64,000 nucleotides of DNA from Camelus dromedarius (Eukaryota). The translations under genes and the position numbers were made by a program. The notes under the pieces were generated by a model that saw only the letters and a list, made by a program, of their open reading frames with translations, had not been told where the DNA came from and searched no databases. This document shows positions 12,701 through 25,955 of this stretch, piece by piece (the stretch's first letter is position 1; the number at the start of each line of letters is the position of its first letter). The DNA lies in assembly GCF_036321535.1 (NCBI RefSeq), contig NC_087452.1, positions 11,594,001 to 11,658,000 on the forward strand. The letters run 5' to 3'.

Positions 12701-14774
12701 GGTGTGCTGGGCCACCCACCATATGCTAAGCAGAGAGGACAACCCACCACATACACGGATACAGCTGGGTCTTTTCTCTCTTGCTTCAACATCAGAGCCT
12801 GCAACAGGTTTGGGTGAAGTCAAGGTAGACCCTTCCTGGGACGATTACCTTAATTCAAAGGTGGGAAAGAGAGGACCTTGGTCCAGGCCAAATTCACTGG
12901 TTCCATTTTAGCAGAGAACCTGTACACTGGGAGTTATTCAGCCTCCATTAATCAAACCTTGAATGGTACTTGTCAGTTTAGTTCCCTTTTCAACTGGTGA
13001 GAGCTGAGACAGGAGGCAGGGTGTGACTGACAAGACCTTCACACCTCCAAGGAATGCCACTGCCAAATCACTGTGTTAAATTGGTCAGCAAACTACCATT
13101 CTACTGTGCATATCAATAATCAACACTGCCTCCACAACTTTTAAAAAAGCAAACACATCTTTTCTCTCTACCCCTCATACACACACCTGACTGCTATCTT
13201 GATATATGAAGAAAATATGTATTATTTTAAATGAATTATAGAGGAAGTGCCTAGAAACAAATCCTTCCCCCTCCCAATTCATTCTCTAAGGAGTCAGGTA
13301 TTTTCTTTGTTTTTTTCCTCTTTTGACTACATATCATGGTCTTACAGTCTGTCATTTATCTCAGATCTCAGTGTACAGTTTTTCTCCATCTGCTTGGTCT
13401 CTGGGCTTGCTAATGGGATCTCTGAATCCATTACTGCAGGCTCACTCCCTGATCACTGCTCCCTACAGATGGATCTACCTAGCCATCGTCAATAAAACCA
13501 TTTTTCAAAAAATGATTTTGAAAATAACAACGCCTTTCTCTATTATTTTTCCCTCTTTGAAATCTGACATGTCTCAAACATCACCCTAGCTTGGGGAAAT
13601 GTGTAAAGGTTTCAGGTTTTTCCTTCACTCCCAACATCACCTTTGATCAGAGAATTATATAGGTAACATGTGTTCTCTCAAAACTGTGATCTTTTGTTTG
13701 GAAGTGATAATTAGAGTGATATTTGGGGAAAAAACAAAATAATAACATGGTCTAGATTGGGAATTTAAAGTAAAATCTTCGGGAGACAGGAAGGCAGCTT
13801 TGCACGGGTTGGTATTGATGATAAAATGGTACCCTACACTCCCATGGTACTTCCTCAGTCACATGATGCTCTCATATACCTTCTCATATACGTGTAATCT
13901 GCACACCAAGCACAAATTAGATTTGATCACTGTCGGTTAATAGATGAGCACATCTGGGCTGCTGGACCGCCAGAGCAGACTTAATGGAGGAAGTAATACA
14001 TTCTATATCCTGTCAGAGCTGCTGCTCGGTGGTATCTGCTGAGTGGATAACTGTGATACAGCTGCCACAACTATGGGAAGCAGAGAAATGTGTGTGTTGT
14101 TTGTCCAATATCCATGCAGAGAAGTGTCACTTCCATCTCTGTGTGTCTCTGTGAGAGGAGAGGTGGTCAGTGTAGGAACTCTGATTCATGACCCAGAGTC
14201 ATCAGTTCTCCATGCCCCGGTCAGAAGGTCAGAGATCTTTTGGTGTTTAATTTAGATGCCAGAGATAAAGAAGATAGCCTTCCAATTCAGTTGTGTTTCT
14301 ATAACCTGTGACTGAAGAAGTCCTATCATTATACACATCTCCCTACCCCTTCCAGTGGGAGAGAACGGTGCCCCAGTGACCTCGGGTATTTCCCCTTCTA
14401 CCTGTTTACTCATCTTTCCCTTTCCTGAGAGATGAATATACTTACCCACTTTAACTCAACGTTCTGGTTCATGGTTCTCTGGCTATTCAGATTCTGATTA
14501 ATGACACCATCTACTGATCACTGTGTTATCTGCCCTGTACTTCTGAGTAACTCCTCTTACATAGCCCCGAGCTTCTATCTCACCAGTAGGCTCTGCTCCC
14601 TGCTCTGAGCTTGGCTATACTCACCCCCTCCAGAGGACCACAGGACCATCTGATGATCTTACTGTCAGTGCCCATGCTCCCACGAGCCATAATTCTTCCT
14701 GCATTTTCAGGAAAATTTTTCTCTCAGTCAATTATTTTGGAGGAAGTATATTGCTGGGGTTAAGGGCATTTGCT

Positions 14775-14960
14775 TTTGTTTCAAACAGTCCTGGATCTAA
14801 GTCTTGATTCTATCTTCCATGAGCTAAGTATCCTTCAGTAAGCCACTTACCTATACCAAACCTATCTCTCTTCATTGTTAAAATTAAGATAATAATAGTA
14901 TTGACTCTTAATTTGGATTTTGAAGGATTGATAATGCATTTGAAGGACATATGACAAAAC
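14775..14960 (+). mobile_element. MIR SINE
   Basis: CCTGGATCTAAGTCTTGATTCTATC...TTCATTGTTAAAATTAAGATAATAATAGTA. Confidence 0.5.
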
Positions 14961-15639
14961 CCAACATATAAATTAATTCAAATATATTTTTTGAGTGTAC
15001 AGATTATAAATATACAATAATCATATATGTATGACTATATATTTCAAAATAAATATATTACTCTATATATGACAGTGAAGTATCTCTCTTATATTCTAGT
15101 AGGCCTTGAGATACAGACAAACAAAGAAAAAAGGGGTTGTGGATATTACATTATAATAGTAGAGACAGACAACAAATAAGCACATAAAATAATGTCTCAT
15201 ATACATAAAATACATTAAAATATGAGAAGTTAATCATGAACACTGATTTTTTTTTTTAGGCCATTTGAGGAATTACTACTTCTGCTACACTGATATCGAC
15301 TAAATGACTGATAGAAAAATAATTATTAAATCTTTATTGTAACACTAACTTTTAAAGACACTAGATAATTAGAATATGACAAAATTTATGATTGGTGAAT
15401 AACGTTTCAACCCACCAGGCATGTACTTAGCTTCTAGTATATTCAGAGCAATACACTGAGGCTCTTTGGGTGGGGGAGGAAGGGGTGTTAGGTAACTTAC
15501 ACCTAAGAACAACTAATATGCAAATAAATGTTACGTAGAGACATGTAATGTAATGACTGGGGGACAAATGGAAGTAAAAGTCATTATTACAGAAGGCTGT
15601 TAGCTCTGGAAAGACAACTGCGTCAAGAGTATGAAACCC

Positions 15640-15900
15640 CACCAATATTTTCTTGAACTGAAAGATAAATTATGAATTGTTAGTTTACTACATAAGCAAA
15701 AGTACAAAATTTGGGCTTCATTATGAACCAATGAAGAACCATCGACAACAAGAGTGTGTTACAAAAAGGCCTTGGTATAGGAAGTAAATTTTAGGAGCAA
15801 GAGATTAAAGGCAGGGAGAACAATTAGGAGGTGATTACACTAGCCCAGGAGATAAATTACAGAGTCTGAAACTCAGACAGTGGCGGGGGCAGCACAGAAA
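15640..15900 (-). mobile_element. L2 LINE fragment
   Basis: GGCAGGGAGAACAATTAGGAGGTGATTACACTAGCCCAGGAGATAAAT resembles antisense L2 3' region. Confidence 0.5.
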
Positions 15901-17189
15901 AATATACCGAAGGGACAACGTTTTTGCAAATTTAAGCTTCAAGGGTTTTCAAGACGTTGGTAAGAGAACAACACACCACGCTCTTACTTCTAAACAAAAA
16001 ACCATCACTGTAATGATCTGAAACGTAAAACAGCCTAAAACAAAATTTTGAGAGGCATAAATATCTAAATTCCTTACATATTTTTGGATAACCACATACA
16101 CATATGCATTTAGACTTAACGCAGGTAAATACACACACACACAAGTATTCCTACATACATAACAAATAGCAAGGTTCTCATCATCACTGTTTTGCAAATA
16201 TTATTGCCCTGTTTAGAAAGATACATGGCTCTTACAGCAGTAGTTATTTCCTCCTGTTTACTGACTAGCAGACGCACAGTACACACACAGGGACAGTGGT
16301 ATGCCTTCACTGGCTTGACTATGGGGAGCCAGCTTCTCATATGTGTTTTAATAAAGCTGCCACATGTTCTTTTAGTGTCACCAGCCCTTCCAAGTAAAGT
16401 AACATTTCGGATACGGAAGCCAGCCATGATTAGCACATGTAGTCATTTAACTGAGTCTGCCATTGTTTTTAGTATCTTATGCATCTCCTTATAAATGAAA
16501 CAGTAGCAGTGACTTCCTCATACAATAATTATGCATAAGGGACCATGTAATAAAAAATACACTAGAGTTCTGGGTAATCTGAGCCAGCCAACCTGAATTT
16601 GAATCCTGGATCCATGTCCTACTGAGGTAAGTCATTTTGGGAAAGTTATTGAAATTCCTTGTCTAAACTTTCTCTTTTATCAAAGTAAATGACAAGTATG
16701 TACAAATGTATATAATATACATGTGATATCTATGTTCTGCTTCTGTATATATGCATAGAAAGAGAACACAAAAATCTTAGAATAATCCTTGTTACATTTT
16801 AAGCACTAAGTAATTATGTTACTATTTTCTTTATTATTATCATTTTTATTATTACTATGACTACTAGAGTTTTCTTATGAACTTAGGCAAGTCAAAGACA
16901 ACATGATAACCTGTTATTTTCCATAAGCAAGAAACATACCAAGATTTCAGGTGGCCTCTTTCACTGAGGATCTTTCTCCAGGTTGCTTGACAAAGGCTCG
17001 GTGACACTGCATTGACAATAATTGGAGAAGTAAGGGCTATAAATGCCAACTCTGCTACGACAAAGTCTCTGCCTTCCAGAGACGTACAATTTAGAAAGGG
17101 AAAGACAAATTCTCCAAATAAAGAACAATACAGCAATAAACGCTGAGAGAAGATAACTGTTCCTCCCCATGTATGCAGTGGTGTTAAAG

Positions 17190-17500
17190 GACTGGGTTCA
17201 GGAATCAGGCAGAACTGGTCTAAATCTCAAGCCCACCCTTAGGAGATACCTGGCCTTGGGCTCAATACTTAACTCCCCTGAACCTCAGCATTGCAGCAGT
17301 TATAACATTTTACGGCTGAGGCTCTGAAGCCAGTCTTTTACTCACTGGCTGTGTGACCTTGGACAAGTGTCTTAACCTCTCAGGGACTCCTCATTTGCAA
17401 AATGGTGTTAGTATTAGCTACATTTAATGGGTTGTGATGATGCTTGAATGAACTTCTAGAGATAAAGCCTACGTTGAAATGAGCACATAGTAAGAACTCA
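17190..17500 (+). mobile_element. Two adjacent MIR fragments
   Basis: CCTGGCCTTGGGCTCAATACTTAACTCCCCTGAACCTCAG and CTGTGTGACCTTGGACAAGTGTCTTAACCTCTC...CTCATTTGCAAAATGG. Confidence 0.65.
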
Positions 17501-18606
17501 AATACACATGAGTGTGACTGATACTGAAACAGGACTTTTCCCGACCTGGAATTTCTAGAGGAGTCCCCACATTTCCAAGAACAGAAAGAAACCCTTTCAT
17601 TCTGAATCTAGTTGCTGGATCATTGTGAACAATTTACAAATGTTGACGCCCCCCAGAGGATTTATGAATGTTAGCAACATTGCTAAGAACTGCTCTCCTG
17701 CAGATTTCCTCATAGAGAGCTGTCCACCCAGGCCTAAACTAGGGGTAAACGGAGCGCTTACCCCAGCTTAAGTCAAGTGATGGAGACTCACAAAGGGTGG
17801 ATGCATCTGACTCAGCATCTAAGAGCCTGGATTCAAACCCCAATTCTGTCTCCTGTTTGCTTGGTGACTGAGGGCAAGCCATTGCCTTCTCTGAGGCTCA
17901 GGAGTCCATCTAGAACCAGGACAGAAATGCTTTTGTTGCTGTTGGTGGTCCTCCCCCGGTAAGTCCTTCCTTGTCTATGATACAACAGTCTAACCTATGA
18001 CCTTAGAAATTAAGGAAATTAGAATGAAAGGAAAGAAAGATGGTATTTCTTTCATTAGACTACACTAAACTTGGCTCTCTGAAAATTACAACAAGGAAAG
18101 CTCCCTCAATCTGCCCTCACAGCTCAAGATGTGTGTAGCTCTGTCATTTTCAGAACGAAAAATATGATGAGCACTCAAGCCACAAGATGCTGATAGCATG
18201 AAGCAAAACAAGCTGATGTGACTCATCTAAGTACCATCCCGAAGTAAACTCGGTGTGTTTATTTATAGCAGGCGGTGTTTTACACTCAGAGAGACAAGCC
18301 CCAAATCAGATTCTGAATTTAATTCAAGGGCCAAGGGGGAAGGTATGAATGGGCTACAGGATACTGTACTGGAAGATGAGAGTTTACTGAATTTGAGTGA
18401 AAGGAATCAGGGAGAGAATGAGAAAATAATTGGTATGAATAAAACCAGCCCTTTAAGAAAGATGCCAGTTGAATGGGACAGCGGCGACAAAAAAAGACCA
18501 AAAAAAAAAAAAAAAAAAAAATCCTCTAAAGCCCTGGAGGCTACAGGAGAGAAAAACAGATCCTGCATTCAGGTCACATTGACATCGCATTGGTTTATCT
18601 TCTCAC

Positions 18607-18657
18607 CAGTGCGGCATGGCTCCTTGTAGCATGTGTACGGCAGTCAAGGTTTGTACG
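18607..18657 (-). other. Candidate 51-nt cassette exon
   Basis: Minus strand: cccttttttctgccgtgcacactcctgtttttactag|CGTACAAACC...GCCGCACTG|gtgaga. Open as RTNLDCRTHATRSHAAL (phase 0) or VQTLTAVHMLQGAMPH (phase 2); several CpGs retained locally. Confidence 0.35.
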
Positions 18658-20749
18658 CTAGTAAAAACAGGAGTGTGCACGGCAGAAAAAAGGGTCTGTT
18701 CTCTCTCTAAAATGTGAAAATGCACAGGACAAAAGACCTTGTACTAAAAAAATGTCTCCCCCTTCTCGAGCTAATGCCACCCGTTCCTATGGTGTCTTCA
18801 AGGTCACAGGGCATTTTGAGATTTGGATCTCCAAGCACAGCTGGCAGATTAGGGAATTATGGATTTAAGAACTCAGCGAAAATAAAAAGAGGAGTAAAAT
18901 TTTCATTCATTTATCTATCTTATCTGGTCACTAAACAGCTAGTTGAGTGAGTCCTACATAGTAGGGTCTCTGCTGGGTGCCAGAGAAAGCAGAACGAGCC
19001 AGCTATAGTCAAGAATTGTACAAGCAGAGGACGGAGAGACATCCAAACAACATGGGCAACCCCAATTTTTGTGCAAAGCCTGGAACTGATATTTGGGACA
19101 TCCCTGAGTATGAATAAAGGAGGAAGTGGTGGAGAGGGAAGCTCCAGTCAAATATGCTGCCTGGAAAACACATAGCAGGAAAAGGGTGCTGGCTTTAGGA
19201 TGAACAGGATCAAGGAACAGAGGTTAAGTGTTAGAATTATGCAAAAAAAAAAAAAAAAGCAAACAAAAATTACATTAGTATTAGTATCAGTATTTTTATG
19301 AAGAATCTAGCCACAATTTCCAAGTCTTTCTTTGAGCTTGTATTTGAAAATTCTATGATTACTTTTAGGAAATAATTAAGAAAAGGAGAATTATAAAACC
19401 TAAGAACAGACCTCTTGCTTAGCTATGTAAAAGACAAAAACAAAAACAAAAAAATTCAGGCATCACACTGATATCTTCTGGCAAAAAAAAACTATAGATT
19501 TAAATATTATTTTTAAAGGAGGGTTACCTAGATACAACTTTTGCTGTGTTCCACCACTGTATCATTTCATTTGAGCATATTAGCATCTATATGGACCTGT
19601 TATAGAAATTGGTCATAACTCTTACTTTTTAAAATCTAAATTTAGTATCTATAAATCACACAGTTTTCCAAGATACTCCAATGCTACAAATTAAACATCT
19701 CTTAGAAGTTACAAATAAGTTCCAATTTTCACTTTTTTAAAATCTCAGTTTCTTATGTGTAGACAATCATGGGAAAGATTTGTTAAATGATACTCTCATA
19801 ATGTCCTTGATTTTGCTTCTTTTTTTCCAGACTGATCAAGTACCACAAATGGCTGTCATTTTTATACTTTCAAGTAGGAGCACCTGGATTTGATGGGACC
19901 CCCTTGTTAAAGAGGATTTGCAAGGATGCTCAGGTCTCCTCTGCCCGGCAAGGAGGCTGTCACCAAGCCCGCAAGCATATACTGGGCTCCAGAGTCCTGC
20001 TGAAGGAGGATTAACCAGGTTGTGATCATTCTGTCTATCCTATCCCATTGTTTTAGGAGAGTTTATGTCTGATCCTCTGATATTTGAGCTACAGAATCTG
20101 GCTTAACATTATCCTTTGGGATTAGTTATCAGATGGAAATACAAGTAAGCTTAAGTGGACAATCACATTCACGATCTCAGGCCAATCAGAATTTTTTAAC
20201 CTAGGCAGAGGAGGAAAAAGGGTGTAGCATTCAAGGCATGAGGCAGAGAAAATTCTAATTATCTGGATGTAATACATTTTAAACTTGCTTTTATAGAAGG
20301 ATCCAAATGCAACACCAACTAGCGATATACAGAACTCTGATATTAGAAAAGCAAAGCAAAACGAACTAGCAAAAAGTTGTTTTCAAATAGGCTCACTTAA
20401 AAAGAGCAGCAGTGTTGTAGAGCCATTTGTTCACTGGTCTGAGCAGGCATTTGTCCATCCAACATTTACTAAGTGCTAGGCGTCGAGGCTGAAGCAGTCA
20501 CCGCTGATCATGCTCACACGGCAGGCATGGTCTGACTAATGAGATGCGATGTAAAATCCTACCATGATTTTCTACTGAACGCACAAACCAAAAGGTGAAG
20601 GGATGTTGGCCAACAAGGCTGATGGGGTCTGTCCCCTGTCATTCTTCACAGTTTCCGTTTCCACCACTTTCCCTCATTCCCCAAACCCAGTGTCAGGGCC
20701 TTCTTCCTCTTCCTCCAGCAGAGTCACTGAGCGCCCCCGCTCAGGGGAA

Positions 20750-21100
20750 CCCCCTCCTGCTGAAGAACTCTTCCCACTGACCTTCCCAGGGCGGGCAGCT
20801 GCTTGCCACTCAGTTCTTGGCTCCACCGACCTCATCTGCTCACAGAGGCCTTTCCTAACCAGCCTAGCTAATCTTGCCACAGCCCCTCCTCCCAGGCCAG
20901 ACCCCCGGTTTACTCCTCTTTATTTTATCTTCGTAGCCTTTCTTATTATCAAATATTATAATGCACATTGCTTAAGTCTGCATCTTTCGTACTAGAATAT
21001 ATGCTGCACAATACAGTGGTTTTTATCCACTTTACTCAGAGAGTATACTCACTGAGGTAATGGTACCTGATATAAAGTAGTCATTGGAAAAATACTTGAC
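20750..21100 (+). mobile_element. L2 LINE 3' end
   Basis: CTGCTCACAGAGGCCTTTCCTAACCAGCC...GTACTAGAATATATGCT...TGGTACCTGATATAAAGTAGTCATTGGAAAAATACTTGA. Confidence 0.55.
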
Positions 21101-22272
21101 CCCCCTCCCCCCCCAAAAGCAAGCATACAAATACGTATAAAATTACAAGGGCATGAAGGAGAGATAAATGGTTCTACTGGAGTATAAAATAAGGTGATTA
21201 GAGCTATCCTGGAAGAGACTAAAAAGAGTTTCCTGAGGAAATGATATTCAAACTTAATCACACATGTTTATCGGATAAGCTATGTAAATCAATTTGGCCC
21301 TTCAGTGCCTAAAGCCCAGAAGGAAATAAGATAAACTACAAATGAATCAACTTATACAGAAATTAAACTGGTTAGTGAAATTGAAATTGACTGCTTAACA
21401 AAAGGAGAGAAAAAACCACCACATGGAACCACACCCCAGGGTGAACAGCCACGGATTCTTGTCCCTCCAACAGATGAACGGGTCTGAGATGCTGGTCCCT
21501 AAGCAGAACACAGGTCCTCCCGCAGGCCAGAGACCAGCCTCCTTGAGTGGATCAGGTGAACACTTAAATACATATTTAAGACTGAGCTCAGTGATCTATG
21601 TCTGAAATTACTTCGGAATGATCTCAAAAGGATAGAAATAGTCTCTCTTACTGAACTATTTCGATTTTTCAATGATGTGTCTTCTTTGCTGTAGAAACAC
21701 AATACAGACTTTAAAAGAGGCTGCATGCCCTTAAGAACTCATGCTAAGATGCTAGGGGGCGAGTCACCCTCGTGGTTTAATGGGAGAGAAAACCACTGAA
21801 AGAGAAAAGGGTGGGTGAGTAAGTGTGGGAGAAAGATGAGAAGGCAACTCAATTGTCCTGCAAGAAGCCAGAGGCCCTGCCTGACAAACAAGTCTACACC
21901 ATTCATGTCCTGCATCACTTTCAACTCAGTGCTGCGTAGGTCCCTAGGAACCAGAATGGAACCAACATCAATTATACTTAAGAGGCAATTTGTTCAAAAG
22001 CAACTATTTCCTGCAATGTCTTCCTTCAAAACTATCCCCCTCTTACAGAATTCTCCTAAGTAAATTACTTTTCCGTAAGGAAGCTCTTACTACTGTATAA
22101 ATTACTTCTCTTAAGTATTTTATTAAAAAGAGTCAGAAGTGTTTCCTCCCCTCGAGGATATGTTTCTTCAAAGGGCAGATACCTAGCTGGGAATTAAACC
22201 CAGAAAAAAGAAACAAGTGCACTCTCCTTAACCATTTCAAAAATGGTAACTTAACAATCATATCAGTCACAC

Positions 22273-22825
22273 TGGGATGGTTTATGCTAGGTATCAATTT
22301 GACTGGAAGAAGGCAGGACCAGAGAGCGGTAAAGCATTATTTGTGAGTGTGTCTGTGAGGGTGTTTTTGGAAGAGGTTAGCATTCGAATCGGGAGACTGA
22401 GTAAAGAAGAGGGCCCTCACTAGTGTGGGTGAGCTCACTCAAGGCCCTCCTGGAGGCCCTGATAAAACAAAAAGGTGGAAAAAGGAGGGATTCACCACTC
22501 TTGGTTCCTGCATGCCTGCCTGCTTGAGTAGGGTCACTTCACCTCATCTCATCTCTTCCAGCCTGGACTGTGATTGAAACCATCTGCTCCCCTGGTCCTC
22601 AGGCCTTCTGACTGAATTACACCACTGGCTTTCCTGGGACTCCAGTTTGCAGACAGCAGAATGTGGGATTTTTCAGCCCTTAAAATCACATCAGTCTATT
22701 TGTCAAAACAAATTTTCCTCCCTCTCTCTTCCTCTCTGTATCTGTGTGTATGCGTGTGTGCGTGCGTGCGTGCATGCATGTGTGTGTGTGTGTGTGTTTT
22801 CCCACAGGCTGTTTCTCCTAATACA
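22273..22825 (+). mobile_element. MLT2 (ERVL) solo LTR containing a (TG)n tract at about 22742-22797
   Basis: GTGTGTCTGTGAGGGTGTTTTTGGAAGAGGTTAGCATTCGAATCGGGAGACTGAGTAAAGAAGA...ACACCACTGGCTTTCCTGGGACTCCAGTTTGCAGACAGCAGA...CTAATACA follows MLT2B architecture. Confidence 0.85.
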
Positions 22826-25802
22826 CCTAGAAGTAAGCTTCTGAATCTTACCTATCACAGGAACAGGAGTAGTGGATAAATTACTATTTAGATGACACTA
22901 TTTAAACTACCCAAGTAGTTTAAAGTCCATGTAATAGAATGAAACTAACCAAGCTAGATATTACTAAGGCCCTAAATTATAGATGCATTTCCTTTTTGGA
23001 CTAATCCATAAAACTTCTAAGATAAAGTATCCCTATGTGTTGGAGGACGGGGAGGGGGAGGCGGTTTCAAGTAAATGACAAGTTTATGGTAATTCATTAT
23101 TTAAGAGATGTGAGATAAAAAAAATTAGAGAAAACAAACCAAAAAAGTCTTGCAATTCTGCTTCTGTTCAAAACAATGTCTTGAAATTCAGCAAGATGAT
23201 TTGTAGATAGCCAGATAATCCTCAATATTAGCTAAGGCACGGATTTTCTTCATCCTATACTTAGAAACAATCCATTTTATCTCTTGGGTTATATCTGCTT
23301 AAATCTTAATGGTCCATAAGGTACTGTGTATTTTTTTGGTTAGGGTTTTGCAGTTCCAGATGATTGTAAAAAGGCAACTAGGTGATGAATTTCATTCTGG
23401 ATCTTGAGTTAGATTTAACAAAAGTTAGAGACAGAGGCAAAAATAATGATAATAATCATGAAAAATGACAGAGGAACTGTACACTTTCACAAGGTTGCAG
23501 AAAGATCTGACTTAAAGATACACTAAATTTTTATCTTACAGAACTTACTTCAATATGTAATTTCACTATCAATAGATTTTTCTTTTCCTACATAGGCAAA
23601 TTCCCTAATATTTCTTTAAAAGGCATGTTAAGTTCTAGTTCATAGCACATCAGCCTTTGGAAAGAGGAAATAAGTTAGAGATGAGGTGGGAAATCACTGT
23701 TCTGCTAAGAGCCAATTACAAATAAAGGTTAATCAGAAATAAAAATAAAACATTATTTAAAAGAGCATATTTTCATAGTCTTCTATTTATATCAAAAATA
23801 CACTTTACATGAAGCTTCTCTTTAAACTGAGACCCACCTATTTGGTATATTGCTCACTTGCAGGCAGTTTCTCAATGACTATACTGCTCCCTGCTGCTGT
23901 CCTGTGTTGCCAAGGCCCCTGCACAAAATATGATGGGGAGGATTTGGAGATAAGCCTTCCCACCTCCCTTCCTATAGGCAATTACTAGCAATTAGTCACA
24001 CTGCAGAGCTAAATCACTCTCTCTGCACCTGCAAAACTATGTCTGAATGTCACAGCTGACTCCACTGCAGGACTCAAAATTAAATTTAAACTGAAAATCT
24101 AGCCTAATACCTTATTTATTATCTGCTACTCTCAGGAATAGGGCACGTGGAAGAAAAGGACTCCAAAGGTAATATTTTATCTTCAGTTTGTTAGAACATT
24201 TCCCCTTGAATAAGAGTGTCTTTTAGGGACAGATAATACAGGGAAATACAGTTGTATTTCTCTTGAGCCCTATTTTAAGCAAAGTAATTCAATCAGATCA
24301 CACAGGCTTGGGATGCCTAAATAAGACACCTTTTCTCCCTTGAACATGGTACTTTTGAATCACATATATTAATATGTGCTTATGAATGCATATCATATTC
24401 AACTCATCTCAATAACGGGCTTCTTGGGGGCTTCCCTCAAATTTATTCAAATGGCTCACTCACTTAGTAAATCACTGAATATAAAACACAATAACTGATT
24501 TTGACTTCAACAGTAATACTTTATAAATGAATTGAAGACCACTCAAGTGAATGGTGCCTGGAATACAATAGGCACATTGTATCGCAAGGCACCAGTTCCA
24601 ATCCTGTATCAATTGTTAATCAAGTAGAGTCCTGACCTAGTCTCTTAACCTCCTTTTATTTCTGCTGGATGGAAAAATGAATTAAAAGATTTCAGAATGT
24701 TTGGCCTTGTAATACATAGACATCCAATTATTCAAAGACACACACTCTATTCTCAAATGCACTCATATACATAAATCAGTTGGTTCCTTAAGCATAACTG
24801 CTCTGATTAATTTGGACATGTTAAAAGTGAACTCAGGAGCTACAGTTCTTGAGAACTCTGGATGATTCACCAATTGTCTGCTCACAAGTCACCAAAAGTG
24901 GATCTAATGAAACAATAGCACACGAGGACATAAGGTCTCACACAGTGGAATTTAAAGATGTATGAGTCATTTTCAAGAATTTCACCATCAGTTAATGGAT
25001 CTGAGGTCTGCGGGACTCAATTCTTCAGCAAGTACCTTTGCCAAGAGGAAACTCAAAAGTGAGGTGGACAGTGGACAAAGATGACTGGATGCCAAATATG
25101 TCTCTGCTAATACAATATTTATGGTAAGAAAAGAAAACTGCTGTTCACGTTTGGAAAATTTCTGTGCACTTCTCTTAGCTTTGGTTTGTTAATCTCATTT
25201 ATTTATTGCTAGAGGCTTTTGCAAACGCTAGTTTTGACACTACTAAAGGCTAAAACTAAAAAAAGTTACTTCTAAAGAATTTTCTTCAAAAGGAACTGCT
25301 TTTAAAATAGACTGTTGTTCTCAACAGCAGGTGAACTTGAGGGTCTCAGTGCTTGTCTTCGAGTTGAGTGCCTCAGGCGCTGGAAATGGAGGATCAGAAC
25401 CAGGCTCTATGAGAAACGACGCTTCTGCACATCATATGTCCTTGTTTTACTGTTTTTCTCTTCTCCATAATCCCACCCACTCCTTTTCGCTTTTCACTGC
25501 AATTCAAACTTGTCATCTTCCTCCATTTTGGAATGTCATACATACACTCCAAAACTTTTTTTTTTTTTAATTCTTATTTTTTATTGCAGTGTTTTAATGA
25601 AGAAATGTCAGATGACTACAAGTTAAGGCAGCACATATTTCCTCTATAGTTCTTCCAATGATCCTTAACATTTTATCAGCCCTCACAGGAGGAAATTCAA
25701 ATGGGAGGCGCACTCAGATTTTTTTTTTAATCTCGTTATTATAATACTAAGTAATGAAGACAGTGAATAAGAAAGGTGCTGGTTTACCAGACTGAAGAGA
25801 AC

Positions 25803-25955
25803 AATGATTCTCAAGCTTCAGTGTACATCAGAATGACCTGGAGAGTCTGTTCAAATAGACTGATGGGTTCCATCCCCAGTTTCTGATTCAGTAGGTCTAG
25901 GGCAGGGCTGGGACAGCTGCATTTCCATGAAGTTTTCAGATATGCTGGTTTACAC
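25803..25955. mobile_element. MER5A-like hAT-Charlie relic
   Basis: ATGATTCTCAAGCTTCAGTGTACATCAGAATGACCTGGAGAG...TTTCTGATTCAGTAGGTCTAGGGCAGGG...TGCATTTC. Confidence 0.75.

Noticed and set aside
12459-12911. ORFs of 87, 107 and 65 aa and a plus-strand ttctctcag|GCCAT|gtaaga 5-nt microexon-like pattern
   Set aside because: No recognisable protein similarity; 5 nt is not frame-preserving and the donor is weak.
18954-19165. Strong minus-strand acceptor (gtgttttccag) followed by a 65-aa ORF
   Set aside because: No convincing donor before stops; peptide unrecognised.
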